DNA of 18,846 nucleotides from an uncultured archaeon. Lineage in GTDB: Archaea; Iainarchaeota; Iainarchaeia; Iainarchaeales; DTGL01. Positions within the stretch are counted from its first letter, which is position 1. Every line of letters begins with the position of its first letter. Where the stretch lies: the NCBI GenBank assembly GCA_964551725.1, contig CAZKED010000024.1:1-18846 (forward strand), read 5' to 3'. Below, piece by piece: positions 1-8,303 of this stretch. The translations under genes were made by a program, and so were the position numbers. Below the pieces are notes generated by a model. It made no database searches. It was not told the DNA's origin and was given only the letters and a program-made list of their open reading frames with translations.

Positions 1-44
1 TTCTATATATTAAATCCAGAGAAACTCTTTTTTTGGTGTTTTGG

Positions 45-323
45 ATGAAAATTCCCGCGAAAATAAAAGAATACTGCAAGAAGTGCAAAAGACACACAGA
101 ACACAATCTCAAGGAATTCAAGACGCGCAGCGCGAGAAAGTCATCCAAAGGCACGAGAAGGCACGACGTGCACGTCAAAGGTTATGGCGGCAAGTATCAG
201 GCAATTGCAACAGTGAAAAAGAAAAACAAAAGACCAACTTTCATGGCGGAATGCACCGTGTGCGGTGCAAAGCACTATTTCGTCATACCGAAGAGAATGA
301 AGAAGCCGGACATAGTGAAGTAA
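45..323 (+). CDS. rpl44e: 50S ribosomal protein L44e (eL42)
   Basis: MKIP..YCKKCKRHTEH, GYGG and ECTVCG zinc-ribbon motifs, very basic. ATG at 45 follows a GGTG SD-like motif. Confidence 0.93.
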   Translation: MKIPAKIKEYCKKCKRHTEHNLKEFKTRSARKSSKGTRRHDVHVKGYGGKYQAIATVKKKNKRPTFMAECTVCGAKHYFVIPKRMKKPDIVK

Positions 324-373
324 TGCGACACAACACCGCACTCTTTTTCAATACTTGCGCGCACAATATTAAC

Positions 374-1189
374 ATGGCTTCCCGCACGTCCCTATTGTTA
401 ATTGCAAAGCAGGGCAAGGGCGTTGAATATCATGCTCTCTTAAACAAAATCCTCGGCGACTACTCAAATATCAATTCAGCGCGCGCGGCGTTAAGCAGAA
501 CGCTCAAGGACTTGGACGCATTAGGCATGATAAGGCGGCGCGGCGACCTCATTCAGCTGACGAACAAGGGCATAATACGCGTGAACATGGAAATGAAAAA
601 CAAGCTCTTGCTCAAACTGAACACCCTTACAAGGGAAAAGCGCGCAGTCGAGGACCCGGATGAATTCGTGAAACTCCTGTCCACGCTGATAGAGCGGGGA
701 AAGCAGGACAGGGATTTGCTTAAAATCGCCAGGGAGAGCTCCAGTTTTTTCATTTCCGATATTTCCGCCCTTCGGGAAAAAATCGGGGAGAGGGCAAAGC
801 ATTATTCCTACCTGGACGAAGTCCTGAAAAAGCATGTTGCTTCCCTCAAAGAAATGGATTTCAGGGACTCGAGGAAAACAGAAAACATGAAAGCAGTGAA
901 AAAACTCGCACTCAAGCAGTCAAAGGAAACGAAACTCGGGGAATTTTTTATCGACTCTCAGGATCAAAAAGAGAGGGAAAAACTGCAGAAAAAATTCAAC
1001 GGCGAACTCAAGGGAAAAAGCCTTGCCGTCAAAGCCGAATTCCTCCCCCAGCTGTTCGATTTCATAGAGCATTCAAAAAAAGGCGAGAAGCTATCCCTTT
1101 TCCTGCACGACATTGAATTCAGGTTTGACGGAAAGCGGGTTACGGCAATAGGTCCGGCTTCAAAGCTCCGCGCTTTACCAAATCAGTAA
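374..1189 (+). CDS. Hypothetical protein (271 aa) with an N-terminal winged helix-turn-helix-like domain
   Basis: Start chosen at ATG 374 because the upstream part of the ORF overlaps rpl44e. SARAALSRTLKDLDALGMIRRRGDLIQLTNKG resembles a recognition helix plus wing. The 3' end overlaps pckA by 7 nt. Confidence 0.7.
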   Translation: MASRTSLLLIAKQGKGVEYHALLNKILGDYSNINSARAALSRTLKDLDALGMIRRRGDLIQLTNKGIIRVNMEMKNKLLLKLNTLTREKRAVEDPDEFVKLLSTLIERGKQDRDLLKIARESSSFFISDISALREKIGERAKHYSYLDEVLKKHVASLKEMDFRDSRKTENMKAVKKLALKQSKETKLGEFFIDSQDQKEREKLQKKFNGELKGKSLAVKAEFLPQLFDFIEHSKKGEKLSLFLHDIEFRFDGKRVTAIGPASKLRALPNQ

Positions 1190-2661
1190 ACCTCTTTTTT
1201 TATTTTCTCACTGAGTTCGGGGAAGCGCGCTAGCCACTCAACCCTTTCCCTGCGGAGTTTTTCCATCCTTGCAGAGAATTCCTCCCTCGAATAATGCGTT
1301 CTGGGGTCGAATGCCGTTCCCGCGATTTCCGCGGGAACCTCGCATTTCAGTTCCCCGTCGAATTTCCATTCGAACTCAGAGCGGCAGACCTTTTTTATTA
1401 TTTCAACAGTGTCCTTTACCCTTATTTCTCTAGCGTTTTCTCCCTCTCCGACCCTGCCTGTGTTCAGAATAAAGCATTGAATGTGCTTTTGCGCCCTGAG
1501 AAGCTCCACGAGTCTGTTTCCCTCCCCGCCTTTGCTGCCCACAACGAAGGGGTTCGTGCCCACAATTCGGACGCTCTGCCCCGCCTTAGACGGGTCGCCG
1601 GCACTGCTCTCCACGCTCTCGCCGAGCATGAATGCCGCTCCAGCCTTTTCCCTGTTCAGCCGCACTACAGGCGGCACAAGGGGATTGCGGGTAATAAAGA
1701 ACAGGTGGTTCACTTTCTGCATGTCAATGCTTTTCGCAGCATTATCCATTTCGGAGCGCTGCACCACAGCCCTGCCGTTGGATGTCAGATTGTAGTTGAG
1801 GAAATCCACCTTTCCCTGCTCGCTGACCCAGACGTTCTCCAGCACCGCGCTGGGCTGCGTTACAGCATGGAACAGTTCGGGCTGCTCTTCGGGGCAAATG
1901 CCCTCTGTCTTTATGAATAAGCCCTTTCCCTCCGTGCCAATGCATTCCCCGCCGAGCAGTCCGACAACGTCATCCTGCACGAGCCAGGCTCTCTCCTCTC
2001 CCTTGAGACCGAGACCGTTCCCTGTGAGAGTTGATTTTCCCGTGGCACTCAAGCCGAAATAAAGCTGTCCGAATTCCTGCATTTTCCCAGTGCTGTTCTT
2101 TATTTTCACCAGCTTGCTTCCTGCGTGCAGTCCGAGTCCTCCTTTCTTTCTCACCAGATACATCCACATCCTGAGAAATGCTTTTTTCGCTTCCCCAATG
2201 TAGTCCGAGCCGAGTGCAAAAGTGATTGCCTTGTCGGGATTTACCAGTATTTTCCTTTCCTTCCATCCCGGAACCATTACCGTGACCATGTCCGGTTTGC
2301 CCAGGCAATTTCCTTCCGAGAGAAGTTCGCTCCAGCCGAGCGCAACCCTTGCGTATTCCTTTGAAACAAGCAGCCGGCAGTGAAATTTCACTGATTCTCC
2401 CATTGTCCTGTCGACCTGCACCATTTCCCCTTTTTCCCGCAGGCAGGAATGCACTTCTTCCAACGCGCGAAAATCGTCTCCATCCAGTCTGTCGTCAACC
2501 GTGTTTTTTGTGAATTTTGCAGAGCGCGCCCTCACCTTTCCCACGTAGGAGGGAGAACCGAATTCTGTTGTGCGCTCGTCCTTTCGCGCCAGTTCCCGCA
2601 TTTCCTCACGCGACGGATTGTCGATTATTTTACTGCATTCAGGCAAAGAGAAGAGTTCCAA
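1183..2661 (-). CDS. pckA: Phosphoenolpyruvate carboxykinase (ATP)
   Basis: YIGEAKK, GLHAGSK, P-loop FGLSATGKSTL, kinase-2 LVQDD, FIKT, LENV, NGRAVV and NTG motifs. TTG start with GGGGGA upstream. Confidence 0.9.
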   Translation of the reverse strand: MELFSLPECSKIIDNPSREEMRELARKDERTTEFGSPSYVGKVRARSAKFTKNTVDDRLDGDDFRALEEVHSCLREKGEMVQVDRTMGESVKFHCRLLVSKEYARVALGWSELLSEGNCLGKPDMVTVMVPGWKERKILVNPDKAITFALGSDYIGEAKKAFLRMWMYLVRKKGGLGLHAGSKLVKIKNSTGKMQEFGQLYFGLSATGKSTLTGNGLGLKGEERAWLVQDDVVGLLGGECIGTEGKGLFIKTEGICPEEQPELFHAVTQPSAVLENVWVSEQGKVDFLNYNLTSNGRAVVQRSEMDNAAKSIDMQKVNHLFFITRNPLVPPVVRLNREKAGAAFMLGESVESSAGDPSKAGQSVRIVGTNPFVVGSKGGEGNRLVELLRAQKHIQCFILNTGRVGEGENAREIRVKDTVEIIKKVCRSEFEWKFDGELKCEVPAEIAGTAFDPRTHYSREEFSARMEKLRRERVEWLARFPELSEKIKKEVY

Positions 2662-2678
2662 AAAATCCCCCGAATAGG

Positions 2679-2714
2679 AAAAAAGGGAAAAGGATTTAAA
2701 GGAAACCTTTTCCC
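2679..2714 (-). terminator. Hairpin plus U6 tract downstream of the beta-propeller gene; the loop holds a TATA-like TTTAAAT that may serve pckA
   Basis: GGGAAAAGG (2685-2693) and CCTTTTCCC (2706-2714) form a perfect 9-bp inverted repeat, followed on the minus strand by TTTTTT (2684-2679). Confidence 0.55.
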
Positions 2715-2729
2715 AGGGGTTTGTTGGGT

Positions 2730-4751
2730 TTATTCGTAGTAATGGGGGTATCCGTTGTACTCCGGCTTGCCGAAATCCACTGTGCTTATTTCCTCCAGGG
2801 AATCCAAATCGTTTGCTTTCAGTGTCCTGTCGGAAAAAGTGTATAGAACGCCGTCAATGTAGAACGAGCGCTTGACCGAATAATCCCCGCTGTACATATA
2901 GCCGCGCTTGAGTTCGTCTTCTGCAGTCACATGCGTTATCCTTCCCTTTTCGGAGATTCCGTCTTCTAGGGAAACGTTGAAAACAAAAGCGCCCTGGAAA
3001 ACGTATTCCCCGTAGCTTGGCCTGAGTCTCTCTTCGAGGTCCTCTTTTTTCTGTTCCTCGGGAATTTCCGCCAGCGTCACTGGAATCACCAAGAGCTCTT
3101 TTTCCCTGTCGAAGAGGAATGCCTTGTGGTCATGGAGGGCGTAACTGTCCGTTCCGCGATCGCCTATCACTATTTTGTCCATCTCCACGGGATTTTCCGG
3201 GTCGCTGACATCGAATATTGCCATTTTTATTCCCTGATACCATGCGAAGTTTCCCTTGAGTGCCTCAATGGTTTCCTTCCCCAGTCCGAGGATATGCGAT
3301 TCGTCAATTGGATGCAAGTAATCGCTGTATCCCGGAATCTTCAGTTTTCCCAGCACTTTCGGATTCTCGTGGTCGCTCAAATCAAGCACGAACAAAGGGT
3401 CCACTTTTTTGAAGGTTACCAGATAGCCTCTTTCGCCCATGAACCTCGCTGAATAGATTCTTTCCCCCGGCGCAAGGTCTTCCAGTGCCCCGACAACGTT
3501 CATTTCAGAATCCAGTACATACACATTGTTCTTGCTTTCCGAGCCGCTTCTCGTTACATGCCCAACAGTAGTGGCAATCCTAAAGTGCGAATCGAACTCG
3601 TCCATTGAAAACTGGTTCAGTATACTGCCGGGAACAATTCCCTCGCCAACAAAATAAATTTCGCCGTCGCTGAGCTCGAACTTGCTCACCGATGTTTTTT
3701 CCACTGAGCCCCAGCCGGGAATGAAAATGCTTCCCACCGTCCGCAATGGAACAGGGAGTTCCTCTATTCCGCTCCAGACCCCTGCTGCAATGTAGAGGTT
3801 TTCCTGCGATGCATAAATTGTCTGCCCGGAGGCAGTGACCGTCTCGGAGTTCAGTTCCCCTGTTCCGAGGTTCAGGGATACAATGGTAATGAAGTTTGAG
3901 GGCGGAACATTTGACACGTAACCTATTTCGTTCGCTCTCGCGACCCTTGATTCAATGCCGTCCAGTCTCATCATGGGAATTATGTTCTTGCTTTCATCGA
4001 ACTCGCTGGCAAGGAGTTCCTCTATTCCGTAAACCGGCCAGCGCGGATAACTGTTTACTATGAAGTATGCCGTGTCCCCAATAAGCCTCGAGTTCAGGTA
4101 GGAGCCCTCGAATTCGGCCTCTTTTTCCAGCTTCGGGTTCTCCCTGTCCTCTATGCTGTAGAGTTTTGCCTGCACCACGCCGCCATAGCCAAAGCATCTC
4201 GCCTGTGTTTCCCCGTTTTCTGACCCAACGCAGTCGCGGTCGTAACTGTACTGGCTGGAAAATAAGAGCAGTTTGTCCCCCAAGACAAAGAGTTCGAGTG
4301 GGATTGAATTTTCCTCGGAAAAACTTGTTTCCGAGAGAATTCCTGCCTCTTCCGCGGGAAACGCTTCAACGATGAAAAGCCTGTTCCCTGAAATCGCGTA
4401 AGCGTATTTTCCGTCTGTCTTGATTATGTCCGCCTCGTCAACGCCTTCAACCTGAACGTTTGTGGCAGAATATTCAACGCCCTGCGCCGAGTTTCCGGCA
4501 GCCGCGCCCTCTGATTTCTCCGCCGCCATTGGCGCCGCAATGTCGAGAATGCCGCCGTAATAACCCCCGTATCCTGATGACCGCGCTTTTGAAAATTGCG
4601 CGACAAGTTCGCTGTAGCTTCCGTACCTCGCCAAATTGTCCTGCCTTTCGGTATCGCCAATTTTCGGGCAGCCGCTTAAAAACAATGCCAGCCCGAGCAG
4701 TGCAACAAGCGCCACCGCCGACACAGCAAAAACTCCATTCTCTCTTCCCAT
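2730..4751 (-). CDS. Secreted beta-propeller domain protein (Beta_propel family), probable lipoprotein
   Basis: Family motifs YSATNVQVEGVDEADIIKTDG, ILNQFSMDE, LAPGERIYSARFMG, LVTFKKVDPLFVLDL and GKLKIPGYSDYLHP. Hydrophobic N-terminus ends in lipobox LSGC (Cys28). GAGGTG SD. Confidence 0.9.
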   Translation of the reverse strand: MGRENGVFAVSAVALVALLGLALFLSGCPKIGDTERQDNLARYGSYSELVAQFSKARSSGYGGYYGGILDIAAPMAAEKSEGAAAGNSAQGVEYSATNVQVEGVDEADIIKTDGKYAYAISGNRLFIVEAFPAEEAGILSETSFSEENSIPLELFVLGDKLLLFSSQYSYDRDCVGSENGETQARCFGYGGVVQAKLYSIEDRENPKLEKEAEFEGSYLNSRLIGDTAYFIVNSYPRWPVYGIEELLASEFDESKNIIPMMRLDGIESRVARANEIGYVSNVPPSNFITIVSLNLGTGELNSETVTASGQTIYASQENLYIAAGVWSGIEELPVPLRTVGSIFIPGWGSVEKTSVSKFELSDGEIYFVGEGIVPGSILNQFSMDEFDSHFRIATTVGHVTRSGSESKNNVYVLDSEMNVVGALEDLAPGERIYSARFMGERGYLVTFKKVDPLFVLDLSDHENPKVLGKLKIPGYSDYLHPIDESHILGLGKETIEALKGNFAWYQGIKMAIFDVSDPENPVEMDKIVIGDRGTDSYALHDHKAFLFDREKELLVIPVTLAEIPEEQKKEDLEERLRPSYGEYVFQGAFVFNVSLEDGISEKGRITHVTAEDELKRGYMYSGDYSVKRSFYIDGVLYTFSDRTLKANDLDSLEEISTVDFGKPEYNGYPHYYE

Positions 4752-4784
4752 AAAAATACCACCTCAATCGAATCCAAGTAAAGC

Positions 4785-4818
4785 ATACTGCTTTACAGTA
4801 TTTAACACTTGCTGTTAA
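4785..4818. promoter_or_regulatory. Two abutting 6-5-6 palindromes over TATA-like elements upstream of the beta-propeller gene
   Basis: ATACTG-N5-CAGTAT (4785-4801) and TTAACA-N5-TGTTAA (4802-4818). Minus-strand TTAAATA at 4805-4799 and TTTATTAA at 4822-4815. Confidence 0.4.
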
Positions 4819-4882
4819 TAAAGCCATTTTGATTTTGTTCGGCGTAAGGCGAAACCAGAAAAATTAGCGGGTTTGGAGAAAA

Positions 4883-4954
4883 TGCGTCCGCCGGGATTCG
4901 AACCCGGGTTACAAGCTTGGGAAGCTTGAAGCCTAACCACTGGCTGACGGACGC
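4883..4954 (-). tRNA. tRNA-Gly(CCC), intronless, CCA not encoded
   Basis: Cloverleaf GCGTCCG/CGGACGC, D-stem AGCC/GGCT, anticodon arm CAAGC-TT-CCC-AA-GCTTG, T-arm CCGGG-TTCGAAT-CCCGG, discriminator A. Confidence 0.95.
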
Positions 4955-4955
4955 T

Positions 4956-5660
4956 TCATTCCTTTTTATACTTTGAATCCAGCAACTTTCTTATTTTCTT
5001 CGCTTTTTTTGGTCCGAATTTTTCCAGCTTTTCCAGTTCGCGGGCATCCGCGTTGAACACGCTGTGCACCGAGCCGAATTTTTCCAGCAAGCGCTTCGCT
5101 GTCTTCGGTCCTACCAACGGCAGCGATTCCACGACATAGCGCTGCTGTTCGCTGAGCGTTAAGCCGGGCTTTCCCTTTCTCAGCGCAATATCCCTTTCCT
5201 TCCCGGACTGCAGGCGCTTTGCTATAACGTAAATGAATTCCGCGGTGCCGCGCGGGTTTTCGGTGAACAAAACGGGAACGCGGTAGTTCAATGCAATGGA
5301 AGTCAATGCTCCAATAATAGCGTGCCTGTGAATGTTGCTCAGCGCGAACAACTCGTTGGGCGTTCCCTCGATGAGCAGAAGCGGCTGCTCGTACGCCTCG
5401 CCCAGATTCACGAGCTGGGAGAAAAGTCTTCCGTCCATGAGCGACGACAAAAAATCACTCGCGGACTTTCTTTCCACGACGACCTTGTTGGAGATAACGT
5501 AATCACCTGTTTCCAGCAGCATTTTCTGAACCCTGCACCCCATTGATTCAAGGAATTCAATGACAAGGCACGCCGACTCTCGGTGGTCGGCAAACACCAA
5601 AAGACCTTTCCCGTCGTCAAGGATTTTCTGCTTTTTTGCTTTCTCACGCGCCTGCTTCAT
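4956..5660 (-). CDS. ERCC4/XPF-family structure-specific endonuclease with tandem HhH (C-terminal half of Hef)
   Basis: ADHRE, GDY, VERKSASDFLSSLMDGRLFSQ (ERKxxxD), LLIEG, and HhH motifs SLPLVGPKTAKRLL and FGPKKA. ATG 5660 is preceded by SD GGTGA; GTG 5672 is an alternative start. Confidence 0.92.
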   Translation of the reverse strand: MKQAREKAKKQKILDDGKGLLVFADHRESACLVIEFLESMGCRVQKMLLETGDYVISNKVVVERKSASDFLSSLMDGRLFSQLVNLGEAYEQPLLLIEGTPNELFALSNIHRHAIIGALTSIALNYRVPVLFTENPRGTAEFIYVIAKRLQSGKERDIALRKGKPGLTLSEQQRYVVESLPLVGPKTAKRLLEKFGSVHSVFNADARELEKLEKFGPKKAKKIRKLLDSKYKKE

Positions 5661-5665
5661 GCATT

Positions 5666-7261
5666 TCACCACTCGCCGAGGGTTTTTTGCTTCTCGCTTT
5701 TTTCTTTTCCGCCGAACTTCATTTTTTTCAATTCGCGCGCCATTTTTTTCTCTTTCCTGTGCGCGCTCCAGTAGAATGCCTCGTCTCTTGTTCCTTTTGC
5801 CATCAGTATTATCACGCGTCCTTTTTTTATTCTCCCTGTTCTCCCCCTTCTCTGAATGTGCCTTATTTCGCTCGGCACCGGCTCGAAAAACACCACCAAA
5901 TCGCAGGAGGGAATGTCCAGTCCTTCCTCTGCAACAGAGGTTGCGACAAGCACGTTGTGCTTTCCGCGCTCGAATTCCTTGATGGCAAGAGCCTGCTCTT
6001 CCTGCGTCATTCCCTTCTGCTCGCCGCGCGATGCCTGCCCTATGAACGCAAGGGGCTTGACGCCTTTGACCGAGGAAAGCTGCTGGACAACATATCTGAC
6101 AGAATCCCTGTAATGGTTGAACACTAGCACTCGTGATTCGGGATTCTGAGAAAACTGTTCCTCGAGCAATATTTTCAGTTCGGAAAGCTTGGGGTGCTCG
6201 AAGTTTTCAGCCGCGAGTTTCCGCGTTTCGACAATCGCGCGGGCAACCCTTGCGTCCTTGAGCATTGCTTTCAGTGCGCGCGAGACCTTTTCCTGCTTGC
6301 TTTGCGCGAGCATTCTGTCGAAATAATCGTTCAATGCTGGAACGCCCTGCGTTTCAATCAGCAGGATTGCATGGCTTGCTTTGAGGAGTTCCGCGGTCTT
6401 TGTTGCCGCTGCATACAGGGAGGGCTGTCGTTTCCCGTATTTTCCCAGCCGGACACTTATTTTTCTTTGGAGTTCGAGCAGCCTTGTCCTGTTGTAGTAT
6501 TTCAAATTGCTTGTATGCGCCACGCCCATTCTTTTCAGTTCTGTCAGGCGGGACTGCGTGAATTCCTGAAGCAGTGAAATGATTTCCTCAAACTCGGAGG
6601 GCAGGAAAACGCGGTCCCATTCCACTTCAATCGGCTGCACGTATTCCTTTACGTCCAAGTCCTCCTGCGACCTGATTTCAATGTTTTTTATTCCCAGGTT
6701 GGAAACGATTTCCTCTATGTGCTCTTTTTCGTGCCCCGGCGAGGCTGTAAGACCGAGTAGCAGTGCGCTGGGAGACTGCTCGGCGAGCTTTTTCGCAATG
6801 TAAACGTATGAGTAATCGCCCACGGCTCGGTGAGCTTCGTCGAAAATGCACAGCCGCACTCCACCCAGAGAAATTCTTTTTCTCCTTGCATCGTTGCGTA
6901 TGCATTGCGGCGTTGCGCTTACAATGCTCGCTGTTTCAAAAAGTGCAGCCCTTTCCCTGGGCTTTATGGTTCCCGTAAGAAGCACGATTTTTTCCTTTTC
7001 AACGAGTATGAGTTTCCTCATCGTGTTGAAGTGCTGCATTGCGAGCGGCTTTGTCGGGGCGAGAATAAGCACTTTTCCCTGCCTGCATTTTTCCAGGGTG
7101 AATGCTGCGAGCAGCACTGCGATTATTGTTTTTCCCAGTGCGGTTGGCGCTACAACGAGCGTGTTGCCCTTTTGGAGCGCGTTTTCCGCTATTTTTTTCT
7201 GGTATGCGCGTGCTTCCAGCGCCTTTTTCTTTATGAGTTTGTGGGATACGAATTCGCCCAT
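5666..7261 (-). CDS. hef: Hef/FANCM-like SF2 DEAH helicase (N-terminal half of Hef) with a C-terminal PIP-box
   Basis: EARAYQ, APTALGKT, LAPTKPL, DEAHRAVGDYSY, LTASPG, ATSVAEEGLDIP and QRRGRTGR. Ends KQKTLGEW. Confidence 0.93.
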   Translation of the reverse strand: MGEFVSHKLIKKKALEARAYQKKIAENALQKGNTLVVAPTALGKTIIAVLLAAFTLEKCRQGKVLILAPTKPLAMQHFNTMRKLILVEKEKIVLLTGTIKPRERAALFETASIVSATPQCIRNDARRKRISLGGVRLCIFDEAHRAVGDYSYVYIAKKLAEQSPSALLLGLTASPGHEKEHIEEIVSNLGIKNIEIRSQEDLDVKEYVQPIEVEWDRVFLPSEFEEIISLLQEFTQSRLTELKRMGVAHTSNLKYYNRTRLLELQRKISVRLGKYGKRQPSLYAAATKTAELLKASHAILLIETQGVPALNDYFDRMLAQSKQEKVSRALKAMLKDARVARAIVETRKLAAENFEHPKLSELKILLEEQFSQNPESRVLVFNHYRDSVRYVVQQLSSVKGVKPLAFIGQASRGEQKGMTQEEQALAIKEFERGKHNVLVATSVAEEGLDIPSCDLVVFFEPVPSEIRHIQRRGRTGRIKKGRVIILMAKGTRDEAFYWSAHRKEKKMARELKKMKFGGKEKSEKQKTLGEW

Positions 7262-7350
7262 GCTTCCACCGGCAAAAGAATAATTATGCGAAGAATTTAA
7301 TATTTTGACCTTTTTTGGGCAAAAAAGTGCAGAACGGGCTTTTTTCCCCG

Positions 7351-7369
7351 AAAGGGAAACATTTAAATA
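7351..7369 (+). promoter_or_regulatory. BRE/TATA promoter of the histone gene
   Basis: Purine-rich AAAGGGAAAC followed by TTTAAATA (7362-7369), 36 nt before ATG 7406. GGAGG SD at 7393-7397. Confidence 0.6.
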
Positions 7370-7405
7370 CTATTTTTGCGTTTAATGGTAGTGGAGGTTC
7401 TTAAA

Positions 7406-7612
7406 ATGGGAGAACTGCCTATAGCGGCTGTTGACCGCATCATTCGCAAGGGCGGCGGAGAGAGAGTGAGCGAGGATGCCGCGCGCGTTTTAGCCGAAGT
7501 TTTAGAAGAAAGGGGAATGAAGATTGCCCAGCAGGCGCGCGTGTTTGCAAACCACGCAAAGCGCAAGACAATAACCGCGGAAGACATAAGGCTTGTAGTG
7601 AAGGAGAAATAG
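7406..7612 (+). CDS. Archaeal histone (HMf/HTk family, 68 aa)
   Basis: MGELPIAAVDRIIRKGGGERVSEDA...HAKRKTITAEDI matches the HMfB fold pattern. A T-tract at 7621-7632 follows the gene. Confidence 0.96.
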   Translation: MGELPIAAVDRIIRKGGGERVSEDAARVLAEVLEERGMKIAQQARVFANHAKRKTITAEDIRLVVKEK

Positions 7613-7630
7613 TTCCCGAATTTCTTTTTT

Positions 7631-8209
7631 TTATTTCTCCTTTTCTATTCCCTCCACTGCCTTTCGGAAAACCTGCTCTGAATCCATTTTTTCAGTGTCG
7701 ATGACCAGGTCAAAGGGCTTGAAGTCTTCGCCCAGCGAAAAGCCGTAGAGTTTTTTGTAAATTCGCTTGTCCGTTTCAAAGCGTGCCCTGAGCGATTCGA
7801 GCACCTGTTCTGCCGGCACATCATCCCTGCCGGCAATGCGCTGAGCGCACGTTTCCAGTGAAGCATTTAGCCAAATGCGGAACGCCTTTCCCTCGAAAAG
7901 CCAGGGCAGTGTGCGGGAGTCGAAAATCAGGTTGTCTTCCTCCCTAGCGAGGCGCAGCAGTTCCTTATCCAGTTTGCGGTCGAAGTCGAGGTTTTTAAGG
8001 CGCTGTTCCACGAATTTTTTTCCCTCCTCGCTTTCCCAGAAGCCGTTGCTTTTTTCCGTGCCCCTTGCGTCTATTTCATCAGCATGCTTTTCCCTCAGCT
8101 GGGCGAGAATGTCCGAGGCAAAAATAGGCGTAAGGGAGTACTTTTCCGCCAACCTTTCGACGAGAGTGCTCTTGCCCGAGCCCGGCGGACCGGAAACTAT
8201 TACAATCAT
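7631..8209 (-). CDS. cmk: Cytidylate kinase, archaeal type
   Basis: IIVSGPPGSGKST P-loop, FDRKLD, DSR, RIAGRD, KRIYKKLYG and FDLVIDT. ATG 8209 with GAGGGA SD; the longer ORF would overlap rbcL. Confidence 0.88.
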   Translation of the reverse strand: MIVIVSGPPGSGKSTLVERLAEKYSLTPIFASDILAQLREKHADEIDARGTEKSNGFWESEEGKKFVEQRLKNLDFDRKLDKELLRLAREEDNLIFDSRTLPWLFEGKAFRIWLNASLETCAQRIAGRDDVPAEQVLESLRARFETDKRIYKKLYGFSLGEDFKPFDLVIDTEKMDSEQVFRKAVEGIEKEK

Positions 8210-8303
8210 TTTCAATCCCTCAGACAAATGAATAGAGGGAACAATAAATAAATAACTAACGCCCTTTCTTTTAATCGGTGGGAAAACGGGAAAAATAAGC
8301 TTT

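Noticed and set aside
41-373. N-terminal 111-codon extension of the wHTH ORF overlapping rpl44e
   Set aside because: Alternative frame of a conserved ribosomal gene; ATG 374 gives a clean non-overlapping gene.
5666-5668. TGA readthrough or selenocysteine joining helicase and nuclease
   Set aside because: The nuclease is in a different frame and another in-frame TGA follows three codons later.
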